Positions 52,660 through 62,607 of a stretch of 64,000 bases of DNA are shown here, piece after piece. Positions within the stretch are counted from its first letter, which is position 1. Each line of letters starts with the position of its first letter. Position numbers and translations under genes: made by a program. The stretch comes from Fuerstiella sp. (GTDB taxonomy: Bacteria; Planctomycetota; Planctomycetia; Planctomycetales; Planctomycetaceae), in contig JAQWLN010000100.1 in the NCBI GenBank assembly GCA_029247265.1, positions 5,122 through 69,121 on the forward strand, read 5' to 3'. The notes under the pieces are model-generated. The model saw only the letters and a list, made by a program, of their open reading frames with translations. It was not told where the DNA came from and searched no databases.

Positions 52660-53640
52660 TTAGAAGTCAATGATGAATCGGGTGCCCATGAGCTCGTAGT
52701 CACCTGAGACGACGGGGGTCATGGCGTTTGTCAGCGTGGTGCGGCGATCATCGATCCGGCCGAAGATGTAGTTGAACTGCAGTCGCGTATTGGCATTCCA
52801 GTACCAGTTCAATGCCAGCGCCAGACTCTCACCAACTCCGCCACGTACGTCGTGGTCACTGAAGTCTGCTTGCGAAAACCGCACCGCCACCTGCCACGCG
52901 CCCCACCCTCTGCCTCGACCTCCATCGCATGTGTCCAGACTGAAGAAATTCTCAAAAGGCCTGACGCGCCCCATGATTCCGATTTTGCGATTCCAGGGAA
53001 TGTGCTCCCCGGTCAGAAAGTACGAAAGGGAAACGTAGCCACCGTGAAACGAGAGGTCGCTGCCGAATCCGTGGTCACGCTGCATCCAGATCTTCATCCA
53101 TTCGCCCGTCAGCTGAAATGCCCCGACATTAATGACCGTTTCAAGGGCACACAGTTGATAAGATTCGGCACCGTCAATCTGCCCCGTGTCGAGCCAGTTA
53201 GACTCGGTTATTGCTTCGGGTTGTGTACGAAACTGAGACTGGTTGTACGGCTCTCTTCCGTCCGGAAACGCCAGCGTTCCAGCCAATGCGAAATGTGCAT
53301 ATCCTCGACCATTCGACAATTCGTCGTACCATGCTGTATTCGCGATGCGCCCGGCGAACTCTGTTTGAGGCTCGTCCCCCACGATGTCATTGGTATCCTG
53401 AATTGGCACCATGTTGAACACGCCCGCCTGCCAGTTCCATGCAAGATCGGGCGTGCCGCCGTAGGATGCTAGGCCAAGTCGCCGATTTTCACGATTTATT
53501 GCATCGACAACGAGAGGTCGCTCCAGAAATGTCATAAAGTTGCTGCTGTCAAGATGATCCAGACCGTACGGACGCTTCTGGTTATCCAGCCAGCCGTGAT
53601 CGGCATGCCCTCGATCTTCTGATTTACGTATGCGGATCAT
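52660..53640 (-). pseudogene. Chimera: pirin N-terminus (19 aa) fused in frame to the C-terminal part of an OprO/OprP-type porin
   Basis: MIRIRKSEDRGHADHGWLD is a pirin/YhhW-type start. NQKRPYGLDHLDSS...FLERP, GGYVSLSYFLTGEH, WGAWQVAVRFS, LALNWYWN and terminal F are Porin_O_P-type. No signal peptide. Confidence 0.85.
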
Positions 53641-54213
53641 CGCTGGTCACTTCCCTGATTTTTCTAAGACTAAGACATACGTTGAATGGTTGGCCGCTAA
53701 ACCATGTGTCGCGGAATCACGACGAGTTCTTACAGGTTTGTTGTCGATCTTACGGAAATGACGTAACAAAGCAGCTGCGACTTCGCTCAGGAGATTGAGA
53801 GGCATCAAGTTTTCCCAATCAGCCTGAGGATAAGACCATGAATCAGTCGCCCCCCAACAAGTCGCAAAATTCAGCACAGCCGAGAGTCGAATCGGAACTG
53901 CAAAAGCTTGGCAAACTGCTTGACGCATTCTTCGCCAACATCGCGATATGACCTGTCAGGTGATATCACGGCGTACGGCCAAAGATTGTGGTGTCGACCG
54001 CAGGATGGAACCACAGTCCCGTCCCGCAACATGATTCACCTCGGGACAATGCTCCCAGGCAACTTACCTGCTCAGCCGCATGACCGAAAACGGATGCGTC
54101 AACTAAGCCGCAGATTGCTCTTCATCATCGCGCCCTTCCCGATGTTTCTCGCATTAAGAGAACAGGCTGTTTTCCTGCTGTACCGCCAGGCATTCCTGGG
54201 TACGATCCATGCG

Positions 54214-56736
54214 ATGAAGAAAGTTCGGCCACCAATATTAGTGACATGGTTAATCTGTTTGTTGACAGCCGTGTTCACAATGGACTCAGCACGCTCGGCA
54301 ACGGCCGATGGCGTTGAGTATTTCGAGAAACACATCCGTCCACTTCTGGCCAAACACTGTTATTCCTGTCACTCATCACGAACAGGGAAACGTGAAGGCG
54401 GTCTGGTGCTGGACACCCGAGCTGGATGGACCGTTGGCGGTGACAGCGGTCCGGCAATCATGCCCGAGAATGTAGACGCCAGCCTGTTAATTCAGGCCGT
54501 GCGGTACAAAGATCCCGCCCGACAGATGCCGCCGGACAGGGCGCTGCCGCAGAAGGCGATCGCACTGCTGGAACATTGGGTGCAAATGGGTGCGCCGGAT
54601 CCTCGCGACAAACCAATGGAGGACATCACGCCGAACACCGACCCGTCGGATCCGATCGCTGGTCGAGAGCACTGGGCGTTTCAACTGCTGTCGCAGGAAA
54701 CACTGCCAGCGGTCAAGACCATCGATTCGCCGAAATCGGCCATCGATACGTTTATCCTGTTACAGCTGGAAAAGGCGAACCTGCAGCCTGCCGCAGATGC
54801 TGATCGAAGGACACTTGTACGGCGAGCCTATCTGCAACTGACCGGACTGCCGCCGACGCCGCAACAGCTGACGGCGTTTCTTGAAGATGACGGACCTGAC
54901 GCGTTCGAGAAGCTGGTTGACCAGCTGCTGGATTCGCCCAGATTCGGGGAACGTTGGGGGCGACACTGGCTGGATCTGGCTCGCTACGCCGATTCCAACG
55001 GACTGGACGAAAACTTTCTGTTTCGCGAAGCATGGCGATATCGCAACTGGGTCATTGATGCGGTGAATGCCGACGTGCCGTTCGACAGATTTCTGCTGGA
55101 ACAAATCGCAGGTGACCTGCTGCCACATGATTCCATTGAACAGCGAGACCGCCAACGCATTGCTGCAGGCTTTCTGGTGATGGGGCCGAAGGTCCTGCTG
55201 GGCAACGATCCGAAAGAACGACGCATGGACGTCGCTGACGAACAGCTCGACACAATCGGCCGGGCGGTGCTGGGGCAGACCCTTGGTTGTGCCCGCTGCC
55301 ACAATCACAAGTTTGATCCAGTTCCCACAGCCGACTACTACGCGCTGGCCGGCATCTTCACGTCAACGCAGGTTATGCAGCGACGTTACATGCTGGGCCA
55401 GCAACGAGGCATGGAACGCCTGGTGGGGCTTGGCGCAGACGGTGATAAGTCCAACGATGCTTATGAAAAGTATTGGCGCGAGCGGCCCAAATTGACAGAA
55501 AAACAGAAGCACGCAAAGTCAGCTCTGGAACTGCTGGAGAAAGGCGACACGGCTGCCTTCGATGAGTTTGTCGCGAAACATAAGGACGCGGTGGCCGAAG
55601 CCGCAGCGGATACGAAGCAGCCCACTGAACAACGTGTCGCAGCGCAAAAGACGCTCGTTGCCGAACTGGATGCGGCGGTGGCCAAACCACCAGCGATTCC
55701 GCCACGGGCGATGATCCCGTCAGACGAAGACAAGCCGGCGGACGAATCCATCCGCCTGGCAGGACAGTTCAATCGCCTGGGCAAACAGGTGCCGCGCGGA
55801 TTTCTGAGTGTGGTCAGCGACGCTGCCGTCGAAATTCCTGAAGGGCAAAGCGGCAGATTGGAACTGGCTCGCTGGCTGACGGATCTTGATACCGGAGCCG
55901 GCCGACTGACCGCGCGAGTACTTGCCAACCGTGTGTGGCACCACCTTATCGGTCGCGGCATCGTCAGGACCGTGGATAACTTCGGACGTACGGGCGAAGC
56001 TCCCAGTCATCCGGAACTGCTTGACCATCTGGCCGCCGCCGTTATCGATTCTGGTTGGTCCATGAAATCTCTGGTGCGAAAAATCGTGCTGACGCGCACG
56101 TTCGCCATGAGCAGTCTTCACGACGAAGCCAGTCATGCGGTGGACCCGGAAAATCGTCTGCTGTGGCGAGCTCACCGTCGTCGTTTGACTCCCGAAGCAT
56201 TAAGAGACTCGATGCTGCTGGCAGCCGGAACGCTGGATGTTACGCCCCTAGATTCCACGGTTTCGTATCTGGGAGATCAGGCCACAGCCGTCGGCGAGAA
56301 CAAGAACCGCAGACGCACGGACTTTCCCTGCCGCAGTGTTTACCTGCCGGTTATTCGTAACGACCTGCCGGAGCTATTCGATGTGTTCGACTTTGCCGAC
56401 CCGCACGCGGCCACCGGCATGCGACCACAGACGATGGTTGCAACGCAGGGGCTATTCATGCTGAACGATGCCCAGGTGATGAACGCGGCCCAGGCCACCG
56501 CTCGGCGAGTGCTGGACAACGAATCTGGTGTAGCCCCCACCGCGAAGATTGATCGTCTGTTTGAACTTGTGTTGAATGAAATACCAACGACAGAAGAACG
56601 AGACGAATTGCTGAGGTTTATCAGCGAAACACGAAAAAGTCTCAATGACGACGACAACGCGGATGCCGATACTCAGGTGTGGTCGATGGTATGTCATGCC
56701 CTGTTCGCATCCAGCCGTTTTCAGATAGTGGAGTAG
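54214..56736 (+). CDS. PSD1/PSCyt2 (DUF1553/DUF1549) protein with a planctomycete cytochrome c domain
   Basis: FEKHIRPLLAKHCYSCH; HWAFQ; LVRRAYLQLTGLPP; [11 protein letters not shown]; CARCHNHKFD; HPELLDHLA. Start moved from 53908 to ATG 54214. Confidence 0.95.
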   Translation: MKKVRPPILVTWLICLLTAVFTMDSARSATADGVEYFEKHIRPLLAKHCYSCHSSRTGKREGGLVLDTRAGWTVGGDSGPAIMPENVDASLLIQAVRYKDPARQMPPDRALPQKAIALLEHWVQMGAPDPRDKPMEDITPNTDPSDPIAGREHWAFQLLSQETLPAVKTIDSPKSAIDTFILLQLEKANLQPAADADRRTLVRRAYLQLTGLPPTPQQLTAFLEDDGPDAFEKLVDQLLDSPRFGERWGRHWLDLARYADSNGLDENFLFREAWRYRNWVIDAVNADVPFDRFLLEQIAGDLLPHDSIEQRDRQRIAAGFLVMGPKVLLGNDPKERRMDVADEQLDTIGRAVLGQTLGCARCHNHKFDPVPTADYYALAGIFTSTQVMQRRYMLGQQRGMERLVGLGADGDKSNDAYEKYWRERPKLTEKQKHAKSALELLEKGDTAAFDEFVAKHKDAVAEAAADTKQPTEQRVAAQKTLVAELDAAVAKPPAIPPRAMIPSDEDKPADESIRLAGQFNRLGKQVPRGFLSVVSDAAVEIPEGQSGRLELARWLTDLDTGAGRLTARVLANRVWHHLIGRGIVRTVDNFGRTGEAPSHPELLDHLAAAVIDSGWSMKSLVRKIVLTRTFAMSSLHDEASHAVDPENRLLWRAHRRRLTPEALRDSMLLAAGTLDVTPLDSTVSYLGDQATAVGENKNRRRTDFPCRSVYLPVIRNDLPELFDVFDFADPHAATGMRPQTMVATQGLFMLNDAQVMNAAQATARRVLDNESGVAPTAKIDRLFELVLNEIPTTEERDELLRFISETRKSLNDDDNADADTQVWSMVCHALFASSRFQIVE

Positions 56737-58155
56737 ATGATGAGGTGCGGTCAATTCATTCCGACAGCCACACGTCGTGACATGTTGCGCGCGAGCGCAG
56801 GCGGTTTCGGTCAGCTGGCCCTGGCGGCGATGGCCGGACAGCGCGCCACAGCAGACACATTACAAGCATACGGTCCTTCGCTGCCGCTGCCTCATATTCC
56901 GGCGCGGGCAAAACGTGTCATTTTTCTGTTCATGTGGGGCGGACCAAGTCACGTCGATATTTTCGATCCAAAGCCTGCATTGAACGCAGAATCCGGCAAG
57001 CCGTTGTCCGGGAAATCTATTGGTATCGATCGTGATCAACTCGGCACGGCGCTGGGGTCACCGTTCAAGTTTGCACAGTACGGCGACAGTGGCGTCTGGA
57101 TGAGCGAACTGTTTCCACATCTGTCCCAACAGGCAGACCGCATGTGCGTCGTTCGGTCAATGCACACCGAAGGCAGTGCGCACGGCGAAGCACTGTTACG
57201 GTTGCATACGGGGCAGGCGAATCTGGTGCGACCCAGTGTCGGAGCATGGGTGAGCTACGGTCTGGGGTGTGAGAGTGACAGCCTGCCTGGGTTCATCACG
57301 ATTTCGCCACCACGTGGACACGGAGGCGTGCAGAACTATGGCAATGCATTCCTGCCGGCTCTGCATCAGGGGACGGCAATCGGATCTGCTGAGACGCCAA
57401 TTGCGCAGGCCGCCGTCTCGAATCTTGTCAACAAGAAGCTGACACCGGATCTGCAACGTAAACAGCTGAGCCTGATCCAGTCACTGAACAAACGGCACCT
57501 GCGCAACACCGTGGAAGACCGGCAGATTGAAGGACTGATCGCCAACTACGAACTGGCTTTTCGTATGCAGTCGACGATGCCTCAGGTCATGAGCCTGGCC
57601 GACGAATCCAAATCAACGCTCGATCTTTACGGTATCGATTCGGAACCGACCGACAACTTCGGACGCCAGTGTCTGCTGGCTCGCAAGTTTGCAGAAAGCG
57701 GTGTCCGTTACATTCAGGTTTCGACAAATTATACCTGGGACCACCATCAGAAAGTGCAGTCCGGGCACATCACGGAATCGGCCAAAGTCGACCGTCCGAT
57801 CGCCGGCCTGCTGGAAGATCTCGCGCGGCGTGGAATGCTGGAAGACACGCTGGTGGTGTGGGGAGCCGAATTCGGTCGTACACCGATGGTCGAAAACGGA
57901 GACGGCCGCAATCATCATCCTCAGGGATTCACGATGTGGCTGGCCGGAGGCGGTGCGCGTGGTGGACTGACGTACGGTTCAACGGACGACTTCGGCTACG
58001 CTCCGGTGGAAAACCCCGTCCACATGCACGACCTGCACGCAACAATGCTGTACGCCCTGGGACTCGACCACGAGCAGCTGACGTACCGTCACGCCGGCCG
58101 CGACTTCCGTCTGACAGATGTCTACGGCAACATCGTGCATGACATCCTGACATAG
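56737..58155 (+). CDS. DUF1501 domain protein
   Basis: TRRDML; FMWGGPSHVDIFDPKP; WDHH; AEFGRTP; GRNHHP; abuts the PSD1 gene. Confidence 0.95.
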   Translation: MMRCGQFIPTATRRDMLRASAGGFGQLALAAMAGQRATADTLQAYGPSLPLPHIPARAKRVIFLFMWGGPSHVDIFDPKPALNAESGKPLSGKSIGIDRDQLGTALGSPFKFAQYGDSGVWMSELFPHLSQQADRMCVVRSMHTEGSAHGEALLRLHTGQANLVRPSVGAWVSYGLGCESDSLPGFITISPPRGHGGVQNYGNAFLPALHQGTAIGSAETPIAQAAVSNLVNKKLTPDLQRKQLSLIQSLNKRHLRNTVEDRQIEGLIANYELAFRMQSTMPQVMSLADESKSTLDLYGIDSEPTDNFGRQCLLARKFAESGVRYIQVSTNYTWDHHQKVQSGHITESAKVDRPIAGLLEDLARRGMLEDTLVVWGAEFGRTPMVENGDGRNHHPQGFTMWLAGGGARGGLTYGSTDDFGYAPVENPVHMHDLHATMLYALGLDHEQLTYRHAGRDFRLTDVYGNIVHDILT

Positions 58156-58183
58156 TCAGTGAGTTCGTCAGCAGTGTCTTGAA

Positions 58184-58247
58184 GTGTGCCACTGGCGTTG
58201 CCAGTGCAATGAGACAAAAGAAAACACTGGCAGAGCCGGTGGCACAC
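58184..58247. repeat. Palindromic doublet (CACTGGC-N3-GCCAGTG type REP-like)
   Basis: GTGTGCCACTGGCGTTGCCAGTG (58184-58206) and CACTGGCAGAGCCGGTGGCACAC (58225-58247) are inverted copies matching at 20/23 positions; each is itself a small palindrome. Confidence 0.7.
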
Positions 58248-58295
58248 ATTGGCATCATGCCAACCAGGCCGCCCATTCTTTCTGAGAGATTTCGC

Positions 58296-58710
58296 ATGAC
58301 TGCAGCATCAGGCGGTGATGGTCGAACCTGGTTCAGGAAAGGGAATGTGGCTATGGGACGCCAGAACTGGAAATTCGCGGTGGAATGCTTCAGCAACGCC
58401 ATTCAGATCAGACCTGATGTGGTGTTGTACCGCCAAACGAAACACCTGTGCTGCCGCAAGCTGCATGGCGACAACAGCACTGGCGCCAAGATGGCGGGTA
58501 TGAGGTTGCTGCCGATACGCAGCAAAGCCAAAAAAGCACTCGAAAGCAAGGACTGGGCAGCACTCGACCAACATGCGGAAGACGACCTCGTAATCAATCC
58601 GTGGGATGGCCCGTTGTTCGCGGCCCCTGGCAAAGCGTGCACGGAACAGGACCGCGGTCAGTTCGCCGCTTACGCATAACGAAAAGTGGCCGAAAGCGGC
58701 ATTGCAGGCT
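58296..58710 (+). pseudogene. Truncated tandem duplicate of the downstream TPR gene
   Basis: 87/116 aa identical to the N-terminus of 58961..60400 by hand alignment; Tyr codon changed to TAA at 58677-58679; same upstream 14-mer. Confidence 0.88.
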
Positions 58711-58960
58711 GACGATTTACTGGCGTTCGTTTAGTCTCGTGGGCAACGCCCGTCGACTAATGCCGCCGGAAACGCGGCTCGCTGGACTCGCGGTCAGGCG
58801 ATTACGAATTCCTGCTCGATGAATCATTGGCTATGGTCGCATTCCTGACTATGCTAAAGTCAACGACCACAGGCAATGACAAATCACATATCGCTCGGGG
58901 AAACCTTGTTGCCGGTACCCCTGATCTATTTGATACAAAAGAACTTCTGAGAGATTTCAA

Positions 58961-60400
58961 ATGAGTGATCCACTAGGCGGCGCTGCCCAGGAATGGTTCA
59001 AAAAGGGCAATGAAGCGATGGGCCGCCAGAACTGGGACTTCGCGGTCGAATGCTTCAGCAACGCCATCAAGATGAAGCCTGACGTCGTACTGTTCCGCCA
59101 GACAAAACACCTGTGCTGTCGCAAGCTGCATGGCGACAACGGGACCGGCGCTAAGATGGCGGGCATGAAGCTGATGGGGATTCGCGGCAAGATCAAGAAA
59201 GCACGCGGCAAGCAGGATTGGGCAACACTGGACCAGCATGCCGAAGACGGCCTGGCTGTCAATCCCTGGGATGGTCAGTTGTTCGCGGATCTGGGAGAAG
59301 CGTGTGCCCAACAGGACCGTGGTGAGATCGCGGCTTACGCCTATCGCAAAGCCGTTGAAAGCGACAAGACGAACGTCGCTTTCAATCGAGGCCTGGGCCA
59401 GGTTCTGCATGAACGTGGTGAATACAAAGAGGCGCGAAATTGCTTCAAACGAATCTACGAAGCAGACCCGACAGATGGGGACGCGCGTTCCATGATGGGT
59501 CGCATCGATGCAGATTCCGTGATGGACCGCGGCGGCTATGAAAAGGCCGGCAGCACTCAGGATGTCAAAGCAGAAAAGCCGACCAATGCCTACGAAGAAG
59601 ACCGCCAGGCGCGACGTGGTGGAAAAGGAAGAAACGAATCAGTAGCTCCTGGCGAATCGGAAGAAATGGACATGCGGGCCGCCATTCGCAAAGAGCCTGA
59701 GAACGTCAATCACTACATGAAGCTGGCAAACTTGCTGCGCACGGATCGTCAGCTGCCGCAGGCAGTTGAACAGCTGGACAAGGCTCTTGAGCTGTCAAAG
59801 AACGACACTTCCATTCTGGAAGAAAAAGAAGATGTGGAATTGGAAATCATGCGAGAACGGTCCGGCGAAGCTGCCGAGCGAGCTCGTAAGAATCCGGATA
59901 AAGAACGTCTGAAAGAAAAGTCAGATGGACTGAAAAAGGAATTAATGACTCGCGAAGTCGAAGTTCTGGCGTCTCGCATCGACCGACACCCGAACGACAT
60001 GAAAATGCGATTTGAACTGGCCGATCGCTATCGGAAGATCAAGCAATTCCCGAAAGCAATTCCGTTGTTCCAGCAGGCGTCTGCCGATACACGGCTAAAA
60101 GAAGATTCACTGGTCATGCTGGGTGAGTGCTTTGTTCGGGCCGGCAAGGCCGACCTCGGCCGACGTCAGTTCATTAAGGCCCTGGAAACTCTGAACGCCA
60201 AGGACAAACCGGATTTCTTCAAACAGGCTCATTACTGGCTTGGTCGTCTTTACGAAAAGGCAGGCAAGAATGAAGAGGCCGAAAACCACTACACCGAAAT
60301 CCTGTCCGTCGATTACGACTTCCGCGACGTGCTGAAACGACTGGAAGAAATCCAGGGCGGCGACGAGTTCGGGGACATTGTCGACGATGATGAAGGCTGA
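58961..60400 (+). CDS. Tetratricopeptide repeat protein
   Basis: Helical repeats (AAYAYRKAVESDKTNVAFNRGLGQVL; AHYWLGRLYEKAG...AENHYTEIL...DFRDVLKRL). Confidence 0.9.
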   Translation: MSDPLGGAAQEWFKKGNEAMGRQNWDFAVECFSNAIKMKPDVVLFRQTKHLCCRKLHGDNGTGAKMAGMKLMGIRGKIKKARGKQDWATLDQHAEDGLAVNPWDGQLFADLGEACAQQDRGEIAAYAYRKAVESDKTNVAFNRGLGQVLHERGEYKEARNCFKRIYEADPTDGDARSMMGRIDADSVMDRGGYEKAGSTQDVKAEKPTNAYEEDRQARRGGKGRNESVAPGESEEMDMRAAIRKEPENVNHYMKLANLLRTDRQLPQAVEQLDKALELSKNDTSILEEKEDVELEIMRERSGEAAERARKNPDKERLKEKSDGLKKELMTREVEVLASRIDRHPNDMKMRFELADRYRKIKQFPKAIPLFQQASADTRLKEDSLVMLGECFVRAGKADLGRRQFIKALETLNAKDKPDFFKQAHYWLGRLYEKAGKNEEAENHYTEILSVDYDFRDVLKRLEEIQGGDEFGDIVDDDEG

Positions 60401-60475
60401 GCTGGATTCGGTTCGCTGATCTATCTGAAACGGCAGCGTCACCTGCTCCTGACCACTTATCCCGGAAACCGATAC

Positions 60476-62593
60476 ATGTCACGAACTGCGTCGCTGCTCG
60501 CGCTGATTTCAATTCTGGCCCTGTCATCTCCGTCGATTGCTGACGGAGAAAAAGACAATCACCCCGAAAACGTACGACAGGTTCCGCGTCCGGGAATCGA
60601 GGTGCCTGCAGATCGGGAAGCGGCGCTGCGGTCCGGACTGAACACACTTCAGCAGAAAATCGGACGGCTGACTCAGTCGAAGGACAGCTTTACGAAGGAG
60701 TTGCTGCCTGATGTCATGATCTTTGAACGAGCCGTGCGTTGCGCTCTGGACTACGACGAATTCTTTTCCCCGAAGGACATCGGAAAAGCTGACCAGCTGT
60801 TAGTCGAAGGCAACTCCCGAGCGGACCAGTTGCTCTCCGGCAAGGCCGACTGGCCAAATCAAAGCGGGCTTGTTGTTCGAGGTTACATCAGCCGCATTGA
60901 TCACACCGTGCAGCCCTATGGGCTGGTCATGCCAACGACATACGCATTCCATCACAGCGTGCCGACTCGCTGTGACCTGTGGTTCCACGGTCGGGGTGAA
61001 ACCCTCAGCGAAGTCAACTTTCTGTGGGACCGTATGAAGAATGCCGGGCGCTACACGCCCGAACACACCATCGTGCTGCATCCCTACGGACGCTACTCCA
61101 ATGCCTTCAAGTTCGCAGGTGAAGTCGATGTCCTGGAAGCATTGGAAGACGTTCAGCGTCGTTACCGCATTGATGAAGATCAGATCAGCGTGCGGGGATT
61201 CAGCATGGGCGGAGCTGCATGCTGGCAATTTGCCGTCCACTACCCTGACCGCTGGTTCGCCGCGAATCCCGGAGCCGGTTTTTCTGAGACTCCTCAGTTT
61301 CTGAAGTTCTTCCAGAAGGAAACGCTGAACCCAACGCCCTGGGAGAAGGCTCTGTGGAATCTCTACGACTGCGACAAGTACGCCGTAAACCTGACTCACT
61401 GTCCGACAATCGCCTACAGCGGCGAAAATGACACCCAGAAACAGGCAGCGGATGTGATGGAATCCGCACTGCTGGAGCACGGCATTCGGATGCGGCACAT
61501 CATCGGAGCCAACATGGGCCACAGCATTGATGGTGTCTCAATGAAAATCATCGATGCAGGAATGAAGGCACTCGCCGCGCGGCGCCGACCAGCGATTCCT
61601 CGAGACATCCATTTCGAGACGCTGACACTCAAGTACAACCGAATGCACTGGCTGACAATTGATGGCCTGCTCGAACACTGGAAGCCTGCTCGCGCCGATA
61701 TCATTCACTGGAAGCTGGACGCGAGTCCCGGGGACAATCCAGTTGAATTGAGAATCGGTACTGAGAACGTATCTGCCTTTACGCTGGATTTTCCAACGGG
61801 GACGTTCCTGCTCGAACAAGCCACAGGCATCGACGCATCTTTGACAGTCTCTGCCACGGTCGTTTCTGCCGAGGACATCTCGGACGACGATTCCTCTGCA
61901 GACACGGACGACGGAAACAGCCGTTGGTTCCGCATAACAACGACACCGTTTTCCGACGGATCTGCGCGACTTCAGGCTCACCGAAATGCAAACGGTAAGT
62001 GGCAAAGCGGACCGCTCGGCAATCAGCTTCGCAAGCGTCAGCATCTACAGGGCCCTATTGACGATGCGTTTATGGATTCCTTCGTTTTCGTCCGCCCGAC
62101 AGGCAAAGCTGCCAACGAAGCAGTCGGCCGCTGGGCCACCGCCGAACTGGATCGTGCCGTCGAACACTGGCGTCGCCACTTCCGTGGTGATGCTCGAGTC
62201 ATCGACGACACGGACGTGACCGACGAACTGATTCAATCGGCAAATCTGGTTCTGTGGGGCGACCCATCGTCCAACAGCGCTATGGCAAGAGTCGCGGGTA
62301 AGCTTCCGATTCAATGGACGGGCAAAAAAGTCAGCATCGGTGATCAAGAATTCGACGCTGCCAATCATGCACCCATTCTGATCTATCCGAACCCGCTGAA
62401 CCCTGACCGCTACGTCGTCTTCAACAGCAGCTTCACGTTTCGTGAATTCGCCTACCTGAACAACGCTCGGCAGGTGCCGATGCTGCCGGACTGGGCTGTC
62501 GTCGACCTCCGCACACCGCCAGGTAACGTCTGGCCGGGCAAGATTGTGGCGGCAGATTTCTTTGACGAGCACTGGCAGCTGAAAAAGAAGTAA
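60476..62593 (+). CDS. Secreted alpha/beta hydrolase (prolyl oligopeptidase/esterase-like)
   Basis: Signal peptide; QPYGL; WFHGRGE; nucleophile elbow GFSMGG; AYSGEND; MGH. Confidence 0.85.
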   Translation: MSRTASLLALISILALSSPSIADGEKDNHPENVRQVPRPGIEVPADREAALRSGLNTLQQKIGRLTQSKDSFTKELLPDVMIFERAVRCALDYDEFFSPKDIGKADQLLVEGNSRADQLLSGKADWPNQSGLVVRGYISRIDHTVQPYGLVMPTTYAFHHSVPTRCDLWFHGRGETLSEVNFLWDRMKNAGRYTPEHTIVLHPYGRYSNAFKFAGEVDVLEALEDVQRRYRIDEDQISVRGFSMGGAACWQFAVHYPDRWFAANPGAGFSETPQFLKFFQKETLNPTPWEKALWNLYDCDKYAVNLTHCPTIAYSGENDTQKQAADVMESALLEHGIRMRHIIGANMGHSIDGVSMKIIDAGMKALAARRRPAIPRDIHFETLTLKYNRMHWLTIDGLLEHWKPARADIIHWKLDASPGDNPVELRIGTENVSAFTLDFPTGTFLLEQATGIDASLTVSATVVSAEDISDDDSSADTDDGNSRWFRITTTPFSDGSARLQAHRNANGKWQSGPLGNQLRKRQHLQGPIDDAFMDSFVFVRPTGKAANEAVGRWATAELDRAVEHWRRHFRGDARVIDDTDVTDELIQSANLVLWGDPSSNSAMARVAGKLPIQWTGKKVSIGDQEFDAANHAPILIYPNPLNPDRYVVFNSSFTFREFAYLNNARQVPMLPDWAVVDLRTPPGNVWPGKIVAADFFDEHWQLKKK

Positions 62594-62607
62594 CGGTCAT
62601 TCAGAGT

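Noticed and set aside
53908-54213. 102-aa N-terminal extension of the PSD1 ORF (likewise the upstream extensions of 1130..3004, 48352..48936 and 23489..25546)
   Set aside because: Signal peptides begin at downstream ATGs, and the extensions lack recognisable sequence.
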